A stretch of 32,000 bases of DNA from contig JBAZYK010000003.1 of the NCBI GenBank assembly GCA_041659405.1, forward strand, positions 127,651 through 159,650, given 5' to 3'. Under the pieces are notes generated by a model that worked only from the letters and a program-made list of their open reading frames with translations, was not told the DNA's origin and ran no database searches. Origin of the DNA: Candidatus Altimarinota bacterium. Lineage in GTDB: Bacteria; Patescibacteriota; Gracilibacteria; UBA1369. This document shows, one piece after another, positions 16,575-26,582 of the stretch. Every line of letters begins with the position of its first letter. The first letter of the stretch is position 1. The position numbers and the translations under genes are program-made.

Positions 16575-19500
16575 AGCTACACCCACTGGTTTCTCCACAA
16601 TCCACGCATTTATAACAACTCCCATTACGCACCATCACCGCGCCGCAAGCTGTACAAATAGCCGCATCTTCGTTGTTTAAGGACAGTGCTTTATCCTTTT
16701 GCATCTTGGCAAATTCTTCACGACTCATGGCGTTGACAGCAGCTTCACGCGCGCCAACCTTTTCCATTTCTTTCACGGAAATTTTCTCGATTTCCACGTT
16801 TTTTGCTGATTGATGAGTTCGTTCCTTCATAATTGAAGCCGTTACATCCTCAAACTTTGCCGCCCGATTCAATCCCCGAATTTGACCATCTGAATCGACA
16901 CTTCCGTCCGCAGCCTCCACCATTTCCAACGGCAACTTAGGCAAAAACAGGCTTGTTCCCTCGTTATAAGCACGATCCACCAAATCTTCATTGTGATATT
17001 TTTTAACCACATCACGAGGCAAAAATTTCAATCCCAGCCAGCGACCGATATAATCCACAATTGATTTAACCATTGGGATATCACGATTTCCGGTCATGCC
17101 GGCCGGTTCAAATCTGGAATGGCAGAACTTGCTGACCAAAACTTCCAAAGGCACGCCATATTGCAGATTCAACGAAATAGTCAAAGCCAGCGCATCCATA
17201 ATTCCGGATAGTGTAGAGCCTTCCTTGCTCATCTTGATAAAGATTTCGCCCGGCAAACCGTCCTCGTACAAGCCAACCGTAATGTAACCTTCATGTCCGG
17301 AGATCGAAAATTTATGAGTAATACTGTGACGTTCCGATGGCAATTTGCGACGGAAAGGTTTTTGCACAATTTTCTCGATCACCTGCTGAACCTGCTGCGG
17401 ACCAACCGCTTCACTCATATCTTCCACATTTTCAAAATTGAAAAGCTCGGCAAAATTTCCCTGAGTACTGCCGGTATTTAATGGCTGACTCAATTTAGAT
17501 CCATCGCGATATAAAGCATTACACTTCAACATCAACGCCCAACTTTCCATATAAGCTTTTTGGATGTCGGAAACCGTGCATTCCTCCGGCATATTTACCG
17601 TCTTGGAAATCGAACCGGAAATAAAAGGCTGAGCCGCCGCCATCATGTGCAAATGGCCTGTGTAAGGGATATAACGCTTGCCCTTCTTTCCACATTTATT
17701 GGCGCAATCAAAAACCGCGTAATGTTCTTTTTTAAGATGAGGAGCTTCCTCAATCGTCATGGTTCCACAAACATATTCGTTAGCTTCGGCAATTTGCTCC
17801 TTGCTAAAGCCAAGCGCGAGCAACATATCAAACTCAAAATCATTCAATTCCACATCGGTTAATCCCAAAACTTTTCGGCAGAATTCTTCACCCAAAGAAA
17901 ATTTATTAAACGCGAATTTTAGTTCAAAGACGCCGGTTAATTGAGTTTCAATCGCCAAAATTTCTTTATCGGTGAATCCCTTCTTTTTTAAGGATCCCGG
18001 ATTTATATGAGGACAATCCCCTAAAGTCGCATGACCCTTCACATAATTTTCAATATCCAAAATTTGCGCGCTGGAATAACCCAAAGTTTCCAAAGCCGGT
18101 TTTAAAGATTGATTTACGATCTTAAAATAACCACCACCAACCAGTTTCTTAAATTTAATCAAAGCAAAATCAGGTTCAATGCCGGTGGTATCGCAGTCCA
18201 TTACAAGCCCGATTGTCCCTGTCGGAGCAACCACCGTCACCTGCGCATTACGATAACCAAACTGTTCACCCCAATTTAAAGCACGATCCCAAACTTCACG
18301 CGCGGACTCCAAAAGATAATCGGGACAATACGCCGGATTGATCCCCTGTGGCGCAACACTCAAATTTTCATATTCATTTTTAGCTGCATTATAAGCCGCA
18401 CGGCGATGATTGCGGATGACCTTCAACATGTGTTTTTTATTCTTTTCATACTTATTAAAAGGCTTTAGCACCTTGGCCATTTCCGCCGAAGTCGCATAGG
18501 ATTCACCGCACATAATAGCCGTAATCGCCCCGGTAATAGCGTAAGCTTCTTCCGAAGTATAAGGAAAACCCATCTGCATCAGCATAGTGCCAATGTTGGC
18601 ATAGCCAAGACCCAAAGTACGGAACTCATAACTCAATTCCGCAATTTCCTTGGATGGAAACTGTGCCATTAAAACCGAAACCTCCAACACAATCGTCCAC
18701 AAACGAACACTATGTCTAAAAGCCTGAATATCAAACTGTTTAGTATTTTGATTATAAAATTTAATCAGATTTAACGAAGCCAAATTGCAGGCGGTATCAT
18801 CCAAAAACATATATTCCGAGCATGGGTTACTGGCGTTAATACGGCCATCTTCCGGACAGGTATGCCACTCGTTAATAGTGGTGTCATATTGAATTCCCGG
18901 ATCGGCGCATGACCAGGCGGCATAAGCAACTTCAGCCCACAACTTGCGGGCGGAAATTGATTTATAGGTTTTACCATCTTTGCGATTTTTTAAATCCCAA
19001 AGACCATCTTTTTTCACAGCATCAATAAACTCATTCGGAACACGAATTGAATTATTGGAATTTTGGCCGCCAACAGTCAAATAAGCCTCGGAACGGAAAT
19101 CGGTATCATAACGGCGGAAACTGAATTCCTCCGGTTTCATGCCATCTTCAATCAACATCAAAACACGTTTAATGTAATTGAGTGGAACATGTTTTTTATT
19201 GGCTTCATAAATTTTTAATTTGAGCGCCGGATTTTTTTCCGGATCAAGCCCGGAGTCATGAGCGCAGTCCACAATTTTCTTGAGTTCTTCGTAACAAACG
19301 TGTGAACCTGCATGCAGTGCGGCCACTTTTTGCTCTTCTGTAACTTTCCAGTTAATAAATTCCTGAATTTCCGGATGATCCATATCCAAACACACCATTT
19401 TGGCCGCACGACGGGTTGTTCCACCGGATTTTATTGCACCGGCAGCTCTATCCAAAACAGCCAAAAAGCTCATCAAGCCGGAAGATTTACCGCCACCGGA

Positions 19501-20253
19501 AAGATTTTCATTTACACCACGCAATTTAGAAAAGTTGGTTCCCGTACCTGAGCCATATTTAAACAAACGCGCCTCGCGAACCACTAAATCAAAAATTCCA
19601 CCCTCGTTTACCAAATCATCGTTTACCGCTTGAATAAAGCACGCATGGGGCTGAGGTCTGGTATAAGCATCCTTGGATTTTGTCAGTTTTTCAGTTTCAG
19701 GATCAACATAAAAGTGCCCCTGCGCATCACCGGTAATCCCATAAGCATGAGCCAAGCCGGTGTTAAACCATTGTGGACTGTTTGGAGCACACATTTGAGC
19801 CACAATCATATGTTTCAATTCATCTTCAAAAGCCTGCGCATCATCGGCAGTTTCAAAATAATTATATTTTTCACCCCAATGACGCCAGGTTGAAGCCATT
19901 CTATTGGCAACCAATTTAATGGAAGTCTCCGCCCCCAAAACCGGTTTTCCATCTTTATCCAAAATTGCATTTCCACTTTTATCCATTTGAGGAACCCCCT
20001 TCTTACGGCAATATTTTTGCGCCAAAATGTCGGTTGCAACCTGCGACCAGAATTTTGGAACTTCCACATCCTTCATTTCAAAAACCACCGAACCGTCCGG
20101 ATTGGTAATTTTTGAAACCCGCAACTCAAAATCAAAAGCAGCAAAAGGATCCTTGCCCTTTTCAGTAAAAAAACGCTCAATTTTTAAACCTTTTCCGGTT
20201 CGATCCGCAAGCGAAGTTGAAGCGACCTTTTGGAAAGTATTTGGGACAACCAT
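16573..20253 (-). CDS. nrdJ: Adenosylcobalamin-dependent (class II) ribonucleoside-diphosphate reductase, large form with C-terminal Cys-rich motif
   Basis: LFKYGSGTGTNFSKLRG, KAAKMVCLDMDHPEIQEFI, GRINASNPCSEYMFLDDTACNLASLNL, FRTLGLGYANIGTMLMQMG, TVVAPTGTIGLVMDCDTTGIEPDFAL, C-terminal CTACGAVMVRNGSCYKCVDCGETSGC. The track ORF begins at 20394, but MVVPNTFQKVAS at 20253 is the more plausible start. Confidence 0.96.
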   Translation of the reverse strand: MVVPNTFQKVASTSLADRTGKGLKIERFFTEKGKDPFAAFDFELRVSKITNPDGSVVFEMKDVEVPKFWSQVATDILAQKYCRKKGVPQMDKSGNAILDKDGKPVLGAETSIKLVANRMASTWRHWGEKYNYFETADDAQAFEDELKHMIVAQMCAPNSPQWFNTGLAHAYGITGDAQGHFYVDPETEKLTKSKDAYTRPQPHACFIQAVNDDLVNEGGIFDLVVREARLFKYGSGTGTNFSKLRGVNENLSGGGKSSGLMSFLAVLDRAAGAIKSGGTTRRAAKMVCLDMDHPEIQEFINWKVTEEQKVAALHAGSHVCYEELKKIVDCAHDSGLDPEKNPALKLKIYEANKKHVPLNYIKRVLMLIEDGMKPEEFSFRRYDTDFRSEAYLTVGGQNSNNSIRVPNEFIDAVKKDGLWDLKNRKDGKTYKSISARKLWAEVAYAAWSCADPGIQYDTTINEWHTCPEDGRINASNPCSEYMFLDDTACNLASLNLIKFYNQNTKQFDIQAFRHSVRLWTIVLEVSVLMAQFPSKEIAELSYEFRTLGLGYANIGTMLMQMGFPYTSEEAYAITGAITAIMCGESYATSAEMAKVLKPFNKYEKNKKHMLKVIRNHRRAAYNAAKNEYENLSVAPQGINPAYCPDYLLESAREVWDRALNWGEQFGYRNAQVTVVAPTGTIGLVMDCDTTGIEPDFALIKFKKLVGGGYFKIVNQSLKPALETLGYSSAQILDIENYVKGHATLGDCPHINPGSLKKKGFTDKEILAIETQLTGVFELKFAFNKFSLGEEFCRKVLGLTDVELNDFEFDMLLALGFSKEQIAEANEYVCGTMTIEEAPHLKKEHYAVFDCANKCGKKGKRYIPYTGHLHMMAAAQPFISGSISKTVNMPEECTVSDIQKAYMESWALMLKCNALYRDGSKLSQPLNTGSTQGNFAELFNFENVEDMSEAVGPQQVQQVIEKIVQKPFRRKLPSERHSITHKFSISGHEGYITVGLYEDGLPGEIFIKMSKEGSTLSGIMDALALTISLNLQYGVPLEVLVSKFCHSRFEPAGMTGNRDIPMVKSIVDYIGRWLGLKFLPRDVVKKYHNEDLVDRAYNEGTSLFLPKLPLEMVEAADGSVDSDGQIRGLNRAAKFEDVTASIMKERTHQSAKNVEIEKISVKEMEKVGAREAAVNAMSREEFAKMQKDKALSLNNEDAAICTACGAVMVRNGSCYKCVDCGETSGCS

Positions 20254-20298
20254 AGATGGGGGGAAATTAAAGGGAGTAGATGGGGAAAAACATTTTGG

Positions 20299-20375
20299 GG
20301 ACTCTCTAAGTCCTTTCTTCCGTGTTGAGTCCACAAAAGTGAAGAAAGAAGCAAGCCCACCACATATAGGTGAGC
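20299..20375 (-). promoter_or_regulatory. Structured 5' leader of nrdJ (candidate)
   Basis: Stems: GGACT/AGTCC (20299-20313), CTTTCTTC/GAAGAAAG (20313-20320 with 20341-20348), GCCCACC/GGTGAGC (20355-20361 with 20369-20375, one wobble). No B12-box-like sequence was recognised. Confidence 0.3.
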
Positions 20376-20644
20376 CTATTAAGATAAACCACAAGATGTT
20401 GATGGACGTCCCCTAAGATAGTCTTTTGGAAACTCTGCGTCAAGGAAACTGGATTCAAAATTCTTTGCGCTACAATTCGTTTATTATGTGATATACAAAA
20501 GCCAAACGCACAGAACAAAATGGCACATCAGGCAAGGGCTCATCGATCAAAATCCTTTGCTGAAAAACACTTGAAAATGGTACCATCACCAGCCCTCTTT
20601 TTTACAAAAATTTTCCTCTGGTTTAAATTCAACGCTGACGAGCC

Positions 20645-23600
20645 CTAAAACGCAAAAACCCTCACAATAATCTTGGCTGCTTCACCGCGGGTTAGGTTAT
20701 TGTTTGGGCCAAACAGGTTTAACGGGTTCCCCTGGCCGTCGACATATCCGGAAACGATGTTTTTAAGCACTGCGGTATAAATATATTTTCCATACCACGC
20801 GCCCTTGATTGTATCCGTAAATGTTAATGCCCCATCAACAATTTGCGCTTCAAGATAATTAACCAAAAGTATCATTTTGGTGGCTTCTGCACGGGTAACA
20901 GGCTGGATCGGCTTAAAGATTGTTCCATTTTGATAACCAATCACAATATTTAAGATTTTTGCTTTGGCCACGGCAGGTGCAAACCACGAATCTTTTGGCA
21001 CATCTTTAAACGGATCATTTAGAGGATTTGGAAGTGTCGCATATTTGCACTGCATAAACATTTTTGCATATTCGGCTCTGCTGATTTGGTTGTTTGGTCG
21101 ATATTCATTAAGTAGATTTCCATCTGCGTCTTTGTATCCTTGAACATTGCATTTCTGTTGGAGTTTTTCGATATAGGTTTGTGCCCAGTGGTTTTGAGTA
21201 TCTGTGAAAAGTGCTTGTGTTGCCGGTTGAGTTTGAGGTTGTTGCGCCGGTTGTGTTGGCGGTTGCGTTGCCAGTTGTGTTGGCTCTTGCGTTTGGGTGG
21301 TTGGAGTTGTTGGTGTAGTAGTTGTTGTTGTTGTAGTCGAGCTTCCGCCGCCACCACCACCTCCGCCGCTGCTGCTGCTCTGATTAACGATTATGGTGTC
21401 TGCGGTCACTGCCGAATCTTGATATATTGTGGCATCACCGCTTGTTGTGACTGTAATGGTATATGCTCCCGTAGAGCCAATCGACCCGGATGTGACTATA
21501 TTTTGAATTGTACAGCTTTCTGCAGCCGCTGCCTGTTCACTTCCACCACTCCTGGCAAGAATAACTGTTTGTGAAGAAACTGTTGTCGTGATTGAACCAT
21601 CCATTGTTGAACAAACTCCCGCTGAAGCTGATGCAACATTAAACCCTGATCCAAATGTAATCTTGATTTTGTCGGTAGCTGCAATTGTTCCATTTGGTGT
21701 AAAGGTGGCTGTTGCCGTTGTGGATGATCCAATTCCATACGTGGATAACGACACATCTGTTGATGATAATGATGCTGCGGTTTCAACAACCGTATTATTG
21801 TCATGAACCAGGTTTGTATTGGACGCCATATCTGTCACCGCCAATGCGTCTACATCCAGCACAACCGCTCCGCCATCTCCTCCTGTTGTCCCTGAAATAG
21901 CTATTGCGGCTGCACGTTGCGCGGCGGTTAATGTGAAAGTTAGACTCGTCGCGTCCACATTGGCAGGCGCGGCTGTCAGGCTCACGACATCTGTTCCGGT
22001 TATATTATTTAGATGAAAACCACTCGCAACCGTTGCGCTTGCATCCATGATTTCACTGAAAGTTGTCACCATTACAGCCGTACCATAGTTAATTGTTGTT
22101 GAAACTACGACCGGTTTGGCCGCATCGGTAAGATTCACCGCTGTCCAGGTTTGTAACTGGTTTCCGGCTGCATCCGAAATTTCTCTGGCTCCATTATCGG
22201 TATACGCAATAGTTGGAGCTGTTGTATGGCTGGTTATGTTTGAATTTCCCAATGTTCCCAAAACCAGACGCACCGTTGAAGTATCAGGATAACTCAGGGT
22301 TCCGGAAGTCAAAACCGATCCGGTAATATCATTGGCCACATACGCAAAATCGGCAATTGTTGCCGTCTGCGTTGAAACAGGTTCCGAAAGGGTTAATGTA
22401 ACACGATCAACTCGTCCATCGTTATCTGAATCTTCATAAACTTTTGCGGAAATGGTTGGCGCGGTTGTATCAAAAGTCACCGCTGTTCTGCTAACCGCTG
22501 TTGCGGCGTTTCCCGCGTCATCGGTTGCGTTGAATGCAAATGTATAGACGGCTCCGCTAACCAATCCGCTGGAATCACTCGTACATCCGTTTGTTGTATC
22601 CGAAAGATCCAAGTTCGCATGTGCTCCGGTATTTTTCGCTGTACCGACTAACGTACAGGTATGCGGAGCGCTGCCATCTGCCGTTCCTGAAGTTTGTGAA
22701 ATTAAAATTGTTCCACTCGCGACTGCTTCGCTCAATGTATAACTCACATCGGATGAAGTGGTGACATTATTTATTGAAGTACTTGCCGTTGGGCTCACGC
22801 TGGTGAAAACGGGAATGATTGTATCGATTGTGTAATCGTTTGTGCCGGTTGCAGATGCGGTGTTTCCTCCATTATCCGTGATGGTTACGGTCACATTGTT
22901 GGTTGCATCATCCTGGCTGTCCATGGCGCCGGATAGCGATGTTGTCCAAGTATCTGATGAATTACTTCCAACCAAAGCCGTATCCCCCGCTTTAAAGTTT
23001 GCTGCGTTAAAGCTCACGGATGAAATTGTATCCGTATTATTATCGCCGGTCGCAAGTGTATCGTCCCAGGTTGGCACTGCGGTATTTCCATTTTTAAACG
23101 CTCCACCGGTTCCCGTTGCTCCAGTCACGGATATTTTTGCGGCGGAAATTGTTGGCGCAACATTGTCCACGCTGATCGCATCGGAAGCTGTTGTTGCAGT
23201 GTTCCCCGCGTTATCGGTGACGGTGATTATAAATGTCAGGGCACCGGTATCCAATGCGCCGGCGGTAACAACCGTAGATTCCGAAGTAGCCGCAAGTGTA
23301 GCCTGGCCGGTTAATGTTGTTAAATTTATTGTTGTTGTATCGGTATCGGAAGCATCAAGCGTAACTGCACTTTGTGTAACTTTATCCTGATTTGTTGAAC
23401 CGTCATTTAACGCAGCAACACTCGCCGTCCCATTATCCGTTGAAATCGTTAACGTTCCATTTGCGCTGATGATTGGCGCAACGCTATCCACAGTAGCATT
23501 TGTTGTATCAGAAGCCGTTGCTGCGTTTCCCGCATCATCGGTTGCAGTGACGGAAACGTTTCGGTTTGTTGTATCAATTGCTCCTGCAGCTATTTCATAT

Positions 23601-26455
23601 GTTGCTGTCCAGGTTCCGGATGAATTTGTCGCGGAAACCGCCGCTCCTCCACCAAATTGGGTGAAGTTAACCGTTACGGTTGAAATTGTATCTGAATTAT
23701 TTTGGCCTCCTGCCGTATTATTCCAGGTTGCCGTTACAGTATCGCCAATCTTATATGCTCCTCCAGTTCCGCCCGCGCCACTTATGGAAATATATGCGTC
23801 GGTCACCGTTGGCGCCAAAGTATCCACAGGAAAAAGAGTTGAAGTTTGTGTTGTTCCATCTACAGTGTCATCATTTGGCTTTACGCGGAAATAAACCGTT
23901 GGATCATCGGTATTTGGAATGTCGGTTGCGATGTCCCAATTGAAGGTTAAAGCTATATCACCATTAAAATCCGTATCAATATCGGAAATTAGACCGGCTA
24001 CGGAAGTTGCACCGTCGCCTTCCAGCCCTTCACTAATAGATGAAACCGTGGCGTTAACCCAATCGGAATTATTCAAAGAATATTGAACGGTTAGATTTGT
24101 TACATCGTTGTCCGCATCTGCAACGGTGGTTACAACCGCCACAGCTGTTGCTGATGTTTGACTTGGCAACGCGTCACCGGTAATAGCGCTTGCCGTTGGA
24201 GCAGTATTAGACACATTTATAAATGAAACTTTATCTACAGAAGCCGTTTCCCCAGACGCTCCCTGCGTAAAAGCCCGAACATTAAAAGTTCCGGCAGTAA
24301 GTCCGGACAAACACGGATCAGTCAAATCCCCTGCGGCACTTGCGGTAGAAATCGTATTATCACCTAAGGTAAGTACGCCTCCGGAACAATAATTCCAAGT
24401 GACACCAGCATCATCAGAAACCTGAAATTTCACCACGGCAGATCCGGTTGTTGATGTTGTAGCTGCAAATGTTGTAATTGAATTAAATGTGTGACCAACA
24501 GTAAATTTCAAATTCTCAGAAACGGTTGCGGGAGCCACTTCAGCAGCAAACTCAACAGTAGGTTCGGTTGTGGCATATGAACGAATATAAAGATCATCCA
24601 TATAACTAATACCGCCATTATAACGAGAAAACCCAACTTTCAAAGGCGTTTCCGAAAGATAAACACTATCAAAAATCAAATTGAAAATAGTTCTATCATT
24701 CGGATTACTCAGATAATATTTCGCTCCAGTGCCTTTAAGCTGTATTTTTAACCAATAAGTTGAATTACAATTGAAAGTACCACCCCCCCCTTGGCTAACC
24801 CCACCCTCATAAACCTCACGAGTTCCACTGGTGGTAGTTGCAGCACTAAAATATATGCCATGAGTAATAGCGGTATAACTCACACCACTACCATTGTTCC
24901 AGCCAATCATAGTATTGTCCAAACCAATATCGCAAGTAGGTGTGTACTTCACGCGTAACTCTTTTGTTCCCCTGGCAAAAGTACTATCAGTAAACAAAGC
25001 CGTTTCACCCCAGGCTGAAGTTCCGGCATTAATTAAAATTTGATTATTCTGTTCAATGTTAGATCCAACATCAGTCTCATCCCATTTAGCCGTATTGATT
25101 GTTAAACCTGTGAAATCATCAAAGAAGTCAAAAACATTAGCACCATTGCTCGCATCTGCAGCAGCAGCATTTCCATAGTACATATAAATAGTTGCTGTTC
25201 CAGTGGCTGCAATCGTAGGCACTTCAACCCAAAAAGTGGCACTGGTACTATCCACTTTTGTCTCCAGCCAGTGATCAATTAAAGTTTCCCCATCCGAACT
25301 TGTAAAACGGATATCATCAAAATCAGCCTGCATATCGGTATCATAAGTAACAGCAACCTCAACCTGGAAATTAGTTAATACAGAAGCAGTACTGTTGGTA
25401 ACCGTAACGGCTTTTTGCTTAGTCCAACTGGCATTATACCAATTAGAAGTTATCACTTGCGCAGTACCACCGGCATAAGTAAAAGCAGCAGCGTCACTTT
25501 CTGTATAAAAATTAGTTGAATTAAAAGTCCTGCTTGTTTTTATAACGGCATTAGCGGTCGGAGCAGCATCCTGAATAGTAAAATTGCTTTCACTTGTCAC
25601 GGCATAATTATTACCATCATTATTTGATGAAATTCTTATTTTAACTGTCGCGCAAGTCGCCCCACCACAAACAGTTGTGGCGGAAGGAACAGTCCATACA
25701 TAAGATTTAACCGCGGCAGCATCAGCAACAGAAGCTTCAGAAGCATCAATAGTTGAAGCTGTCGCAAAACCATCTGTTGAATATTCCAGCTTAACAGTTT
25801 CGCCGGCCCCACCGCCGGTACTTCCCCATTCTACGTTTTGCACAGTTCCACCCTGGACAGCGCCACCTACATTAAAAGTATATAATTCAATCGCTCGCGG
25901 AACATAAAAAGTTGAAGCTGCTGACCACGACCCCTCTCCATCGGAATTGGCAAAAAGAATATGCCAATAATAAGTTGTATTATAAGCCAATTGAGTTCCG
26001 CCATAAGAAATATCCGCACTCCTGGCCGCGTCACTTATATCAACGATATTAATTGATCCGGATTGCCAAGTGACGCCCGTAGTAAAATTACCGGTACCTC
26101 CATCAACTGTAGGATCAGCAGCAACCTCAATTTTTGCAGTTATACATTGTCCAAGTGGAGCATTACAAATTGCCGAAAAAACCGGAGAAAGACTCGTTAA
26201 ATTGGTTGGATTAACATCACCGGCCTGCGCATTTGTACTATTGGAATAAAGCGTTGTAGGCGCAGAAGGAACAACCGCACTTACCCTTTGGACAATACTT
26301 CCAAAATTTTGAAAAATAAAAAATAAAAATAAAAAAAGAACCAGTGAAGCTCGCTTCACTCGCGGTAGAAGTAGACACTTCAGGCGTGGAAGAAAACTAT
26401 TCCTTCCTATAAATTTACTTCTTTTTTTATTCTTGATTTTAAGTGAAAATTTCAT
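20645..26455 (-). CDS. Giant secreted DUF2341/Ig-like/SLH-domain surface protein
   Basis: 1936 aa: N-terminal hydrophobic signal, WYNASWTKQKAVTVTN...TFWVEVPTIAATGTATIYMYYGNAAA...FDFFDDF (DUF2341-like), lectin-like segment, multiple DxxAPTxxxxxI / ATDDAGNAATA modules, Gly/Thr/Pro/Gln linker, SLH domains ending LTRGEAAKIIVRVFAF. Confidence 0.93.
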   Translation of the reverse strand: MKFSLKIKNKKRSKFIGRNSFLPRLKCLLLPRVKRASLVLFLFLFFIFQNFGSIVQRVSAVVPSAPTTLYSNSTNAQAGDVNPTNLTSLSPVFSAICNAPLGQCITAKIEVAADPTVDGGTGNFTTGVTWQSGSINIVDISDAARSADISYGGTQLAYNTTYYWHILFANSDGEGSWSAASTFYVPRAIELYTFNVGGAVQGGTVQNVEWGSTGGGAGETVKLEYSTDGFATASTIDASEASVADAAAVKSYVWTVPSATTVCGGATCATVKIRISSNNDGNNYAVTSESNFTIQDAAPTANAVIKTSRTFNSTNFYTESDAAAFTYAGGTAQVITSNWYNASWTKQKAVTVTNSTASVLTNFQVEVAVTYDTDMQADFDDIRFTSSDGETLIDHWLETKVDSTSATFWVEVPTIAATGTATIYMYYGNAAAADASNGANVFDFFDDFTGLTINTAKWDETDVGSNIEQNNQILINAGTSAWGETALFTDSTFARGTKELRVKYTPTCDIGLDNTMIGWNNGSGVSYTAITHGIYFSAATTTSGTREVYEGGVSQGGGGTFNCNSTYWLKIQLKGTGAKYYLSNPNDRTIFNLIFDSVYLSETPLKVGFSRYNGGISYMDDLYIRSYATTEPTVEFAAEVAPATVSENLKFTVGHTFNSITTFAATTSTTGSAVVKFQVSDDAGVTWNYCSGGVLTLGDNTISTASAAGDLTDPCLSGLTAGTFNVRAFTQGASGETASVDKVSFINVSNTAPTASAITGDALPSQTSATAVAVVTTVADADNDVTNLTVQYSLNNSDWVNATVSSISEGLEGDGATSVAGLISDIDTDFNGDIALTFNWDIATDIPNTDDPTVYFRVKPNDDTVDGTTQTSTLFPVDTLAPTVTDAYISISGAGGTGGAYKIGDTVTATWNNTAGGQNNSDTISTVTVNFTQFGGGAAVSATNSSGTWTATYEIAAGAIDTTNRNVSVTATDDAGNAATASDTTNATVDSVAPIISANGTLTISTDNGTASVAALNDGSTNQDKVTQSAVTLDASDTDTTTINLTTLTGQATLAATSESTVVTAGALDTGALTFIITVTDNAGNTATTASDAISVDNVAPTISAAKISVTGATGTGGAFKNGNTAVPTWDDTLATGDNNTDTISSVSFNAANFKAGDTALVGSNSSDTWTTSLSGAMDSQDDATNNVTVTITDNGGNTASATGTNDYTIDTIIPVFTSVSPTASTSINNVTTSSDVSYTLSEAVASGTILISQTSGTADGSAPHTCTLVGTAKNTGAHANLDLSDTTNGCTSDSSGLVSGAVYTFAFNATDDAGNAATAVSRTAVTFDTTAPTISAKVYEDSDNDGRVDRVTLTLSEPVSTQTATIADFAYVANDITGSVLTSGTLSYPDTSTVRLVLGTLGNSNITSHTTAPTIAYTDNGAREISDAAGNQLQTWTAVNLTDAAKPVVVSTTINYGTAVMVTTFSEIMDASATVASGFHLNNITGTDVVSLTAAPANVDATSLTFTLTAAQRAAAIAISGTTGGDGGAVVLDVDALAVTDMASNTNLVHDNNTVVETAASLSSTDVSLSTYGIGSSTTATATFTPNGTIAATDKIKITFGSGFNVASASAGVCSTMDGSITTTVSSQTVILARSGGSEQAAAAESCTIQNIVTSGSIGSTGAYTITVTTSGDATIYQDSAVTADTIIVNQSSSSGGGGGGGGSSTTTTTTTTPTTPTTQTQEPTQLATQPPTQPAQQPQTQPATQALFTDTQNHWAQTYIEKLQQKCNVQGYKDADGNLLNEYRPNNQISRAEYAKMFMQCKYATLPNPLNDPFKDVPKDSWFAPAVAKAKILNIVIGYQNGTIFKPIQPVTRAEATKMILLVNYLEAQIVDGALTFTDTIKGAWYGKYIYTAVLKNIVSGYVDGQGNPLNLFGPNNNLTRGEAAKIIVRVFAF
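20648..21213 (-). other. C-terminal SLH domain region of the 20645-26455 protein
   Basis: Encodes ALFTDTQNHWAQTYIEKLQQKCNVQGYKD...ISRAEYAKMFMQC...VTRAEATKMILL...ISGYVDGQGNPLNLFGPNNNLTRGEAAKIIVRVFAF-like sequence, homologous to the first SLH protein. Confidence 0.85.
22454..22786. repeat. 333-bp direct repeat, copy 2 (identical to 8958-9290)
   Basis: Perfect nucleotide match at constant offset; the match breaks at c22787 versus g9291. Confidence 0.95.
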
Positions 26456-26582
26456 TTATTTTTAATTTTAAAAAAATCCCGCCCAATTCGTCTAAACTGC
26501 CCAATTCACACAAATAACCTTTAAGCAATTTAACACATTTTCCTAAAAAAACGCGCCTTTTTGGTATTGAAAAAAATGGGTT

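Noticed and set aside
16573-20253. Intein or insertion in the long nrdJ
   Set aside because: The length (~1200 aa) fits the large class II RNR form; sequence is continuous through motifs with no intein-like Cys...HN block.
20027-20416. 129-aa + strand ORF antisense to nrdJ 5' region
   Set aside because: Overlaps strongly supported nrdJ coding sequence; no domain signature.
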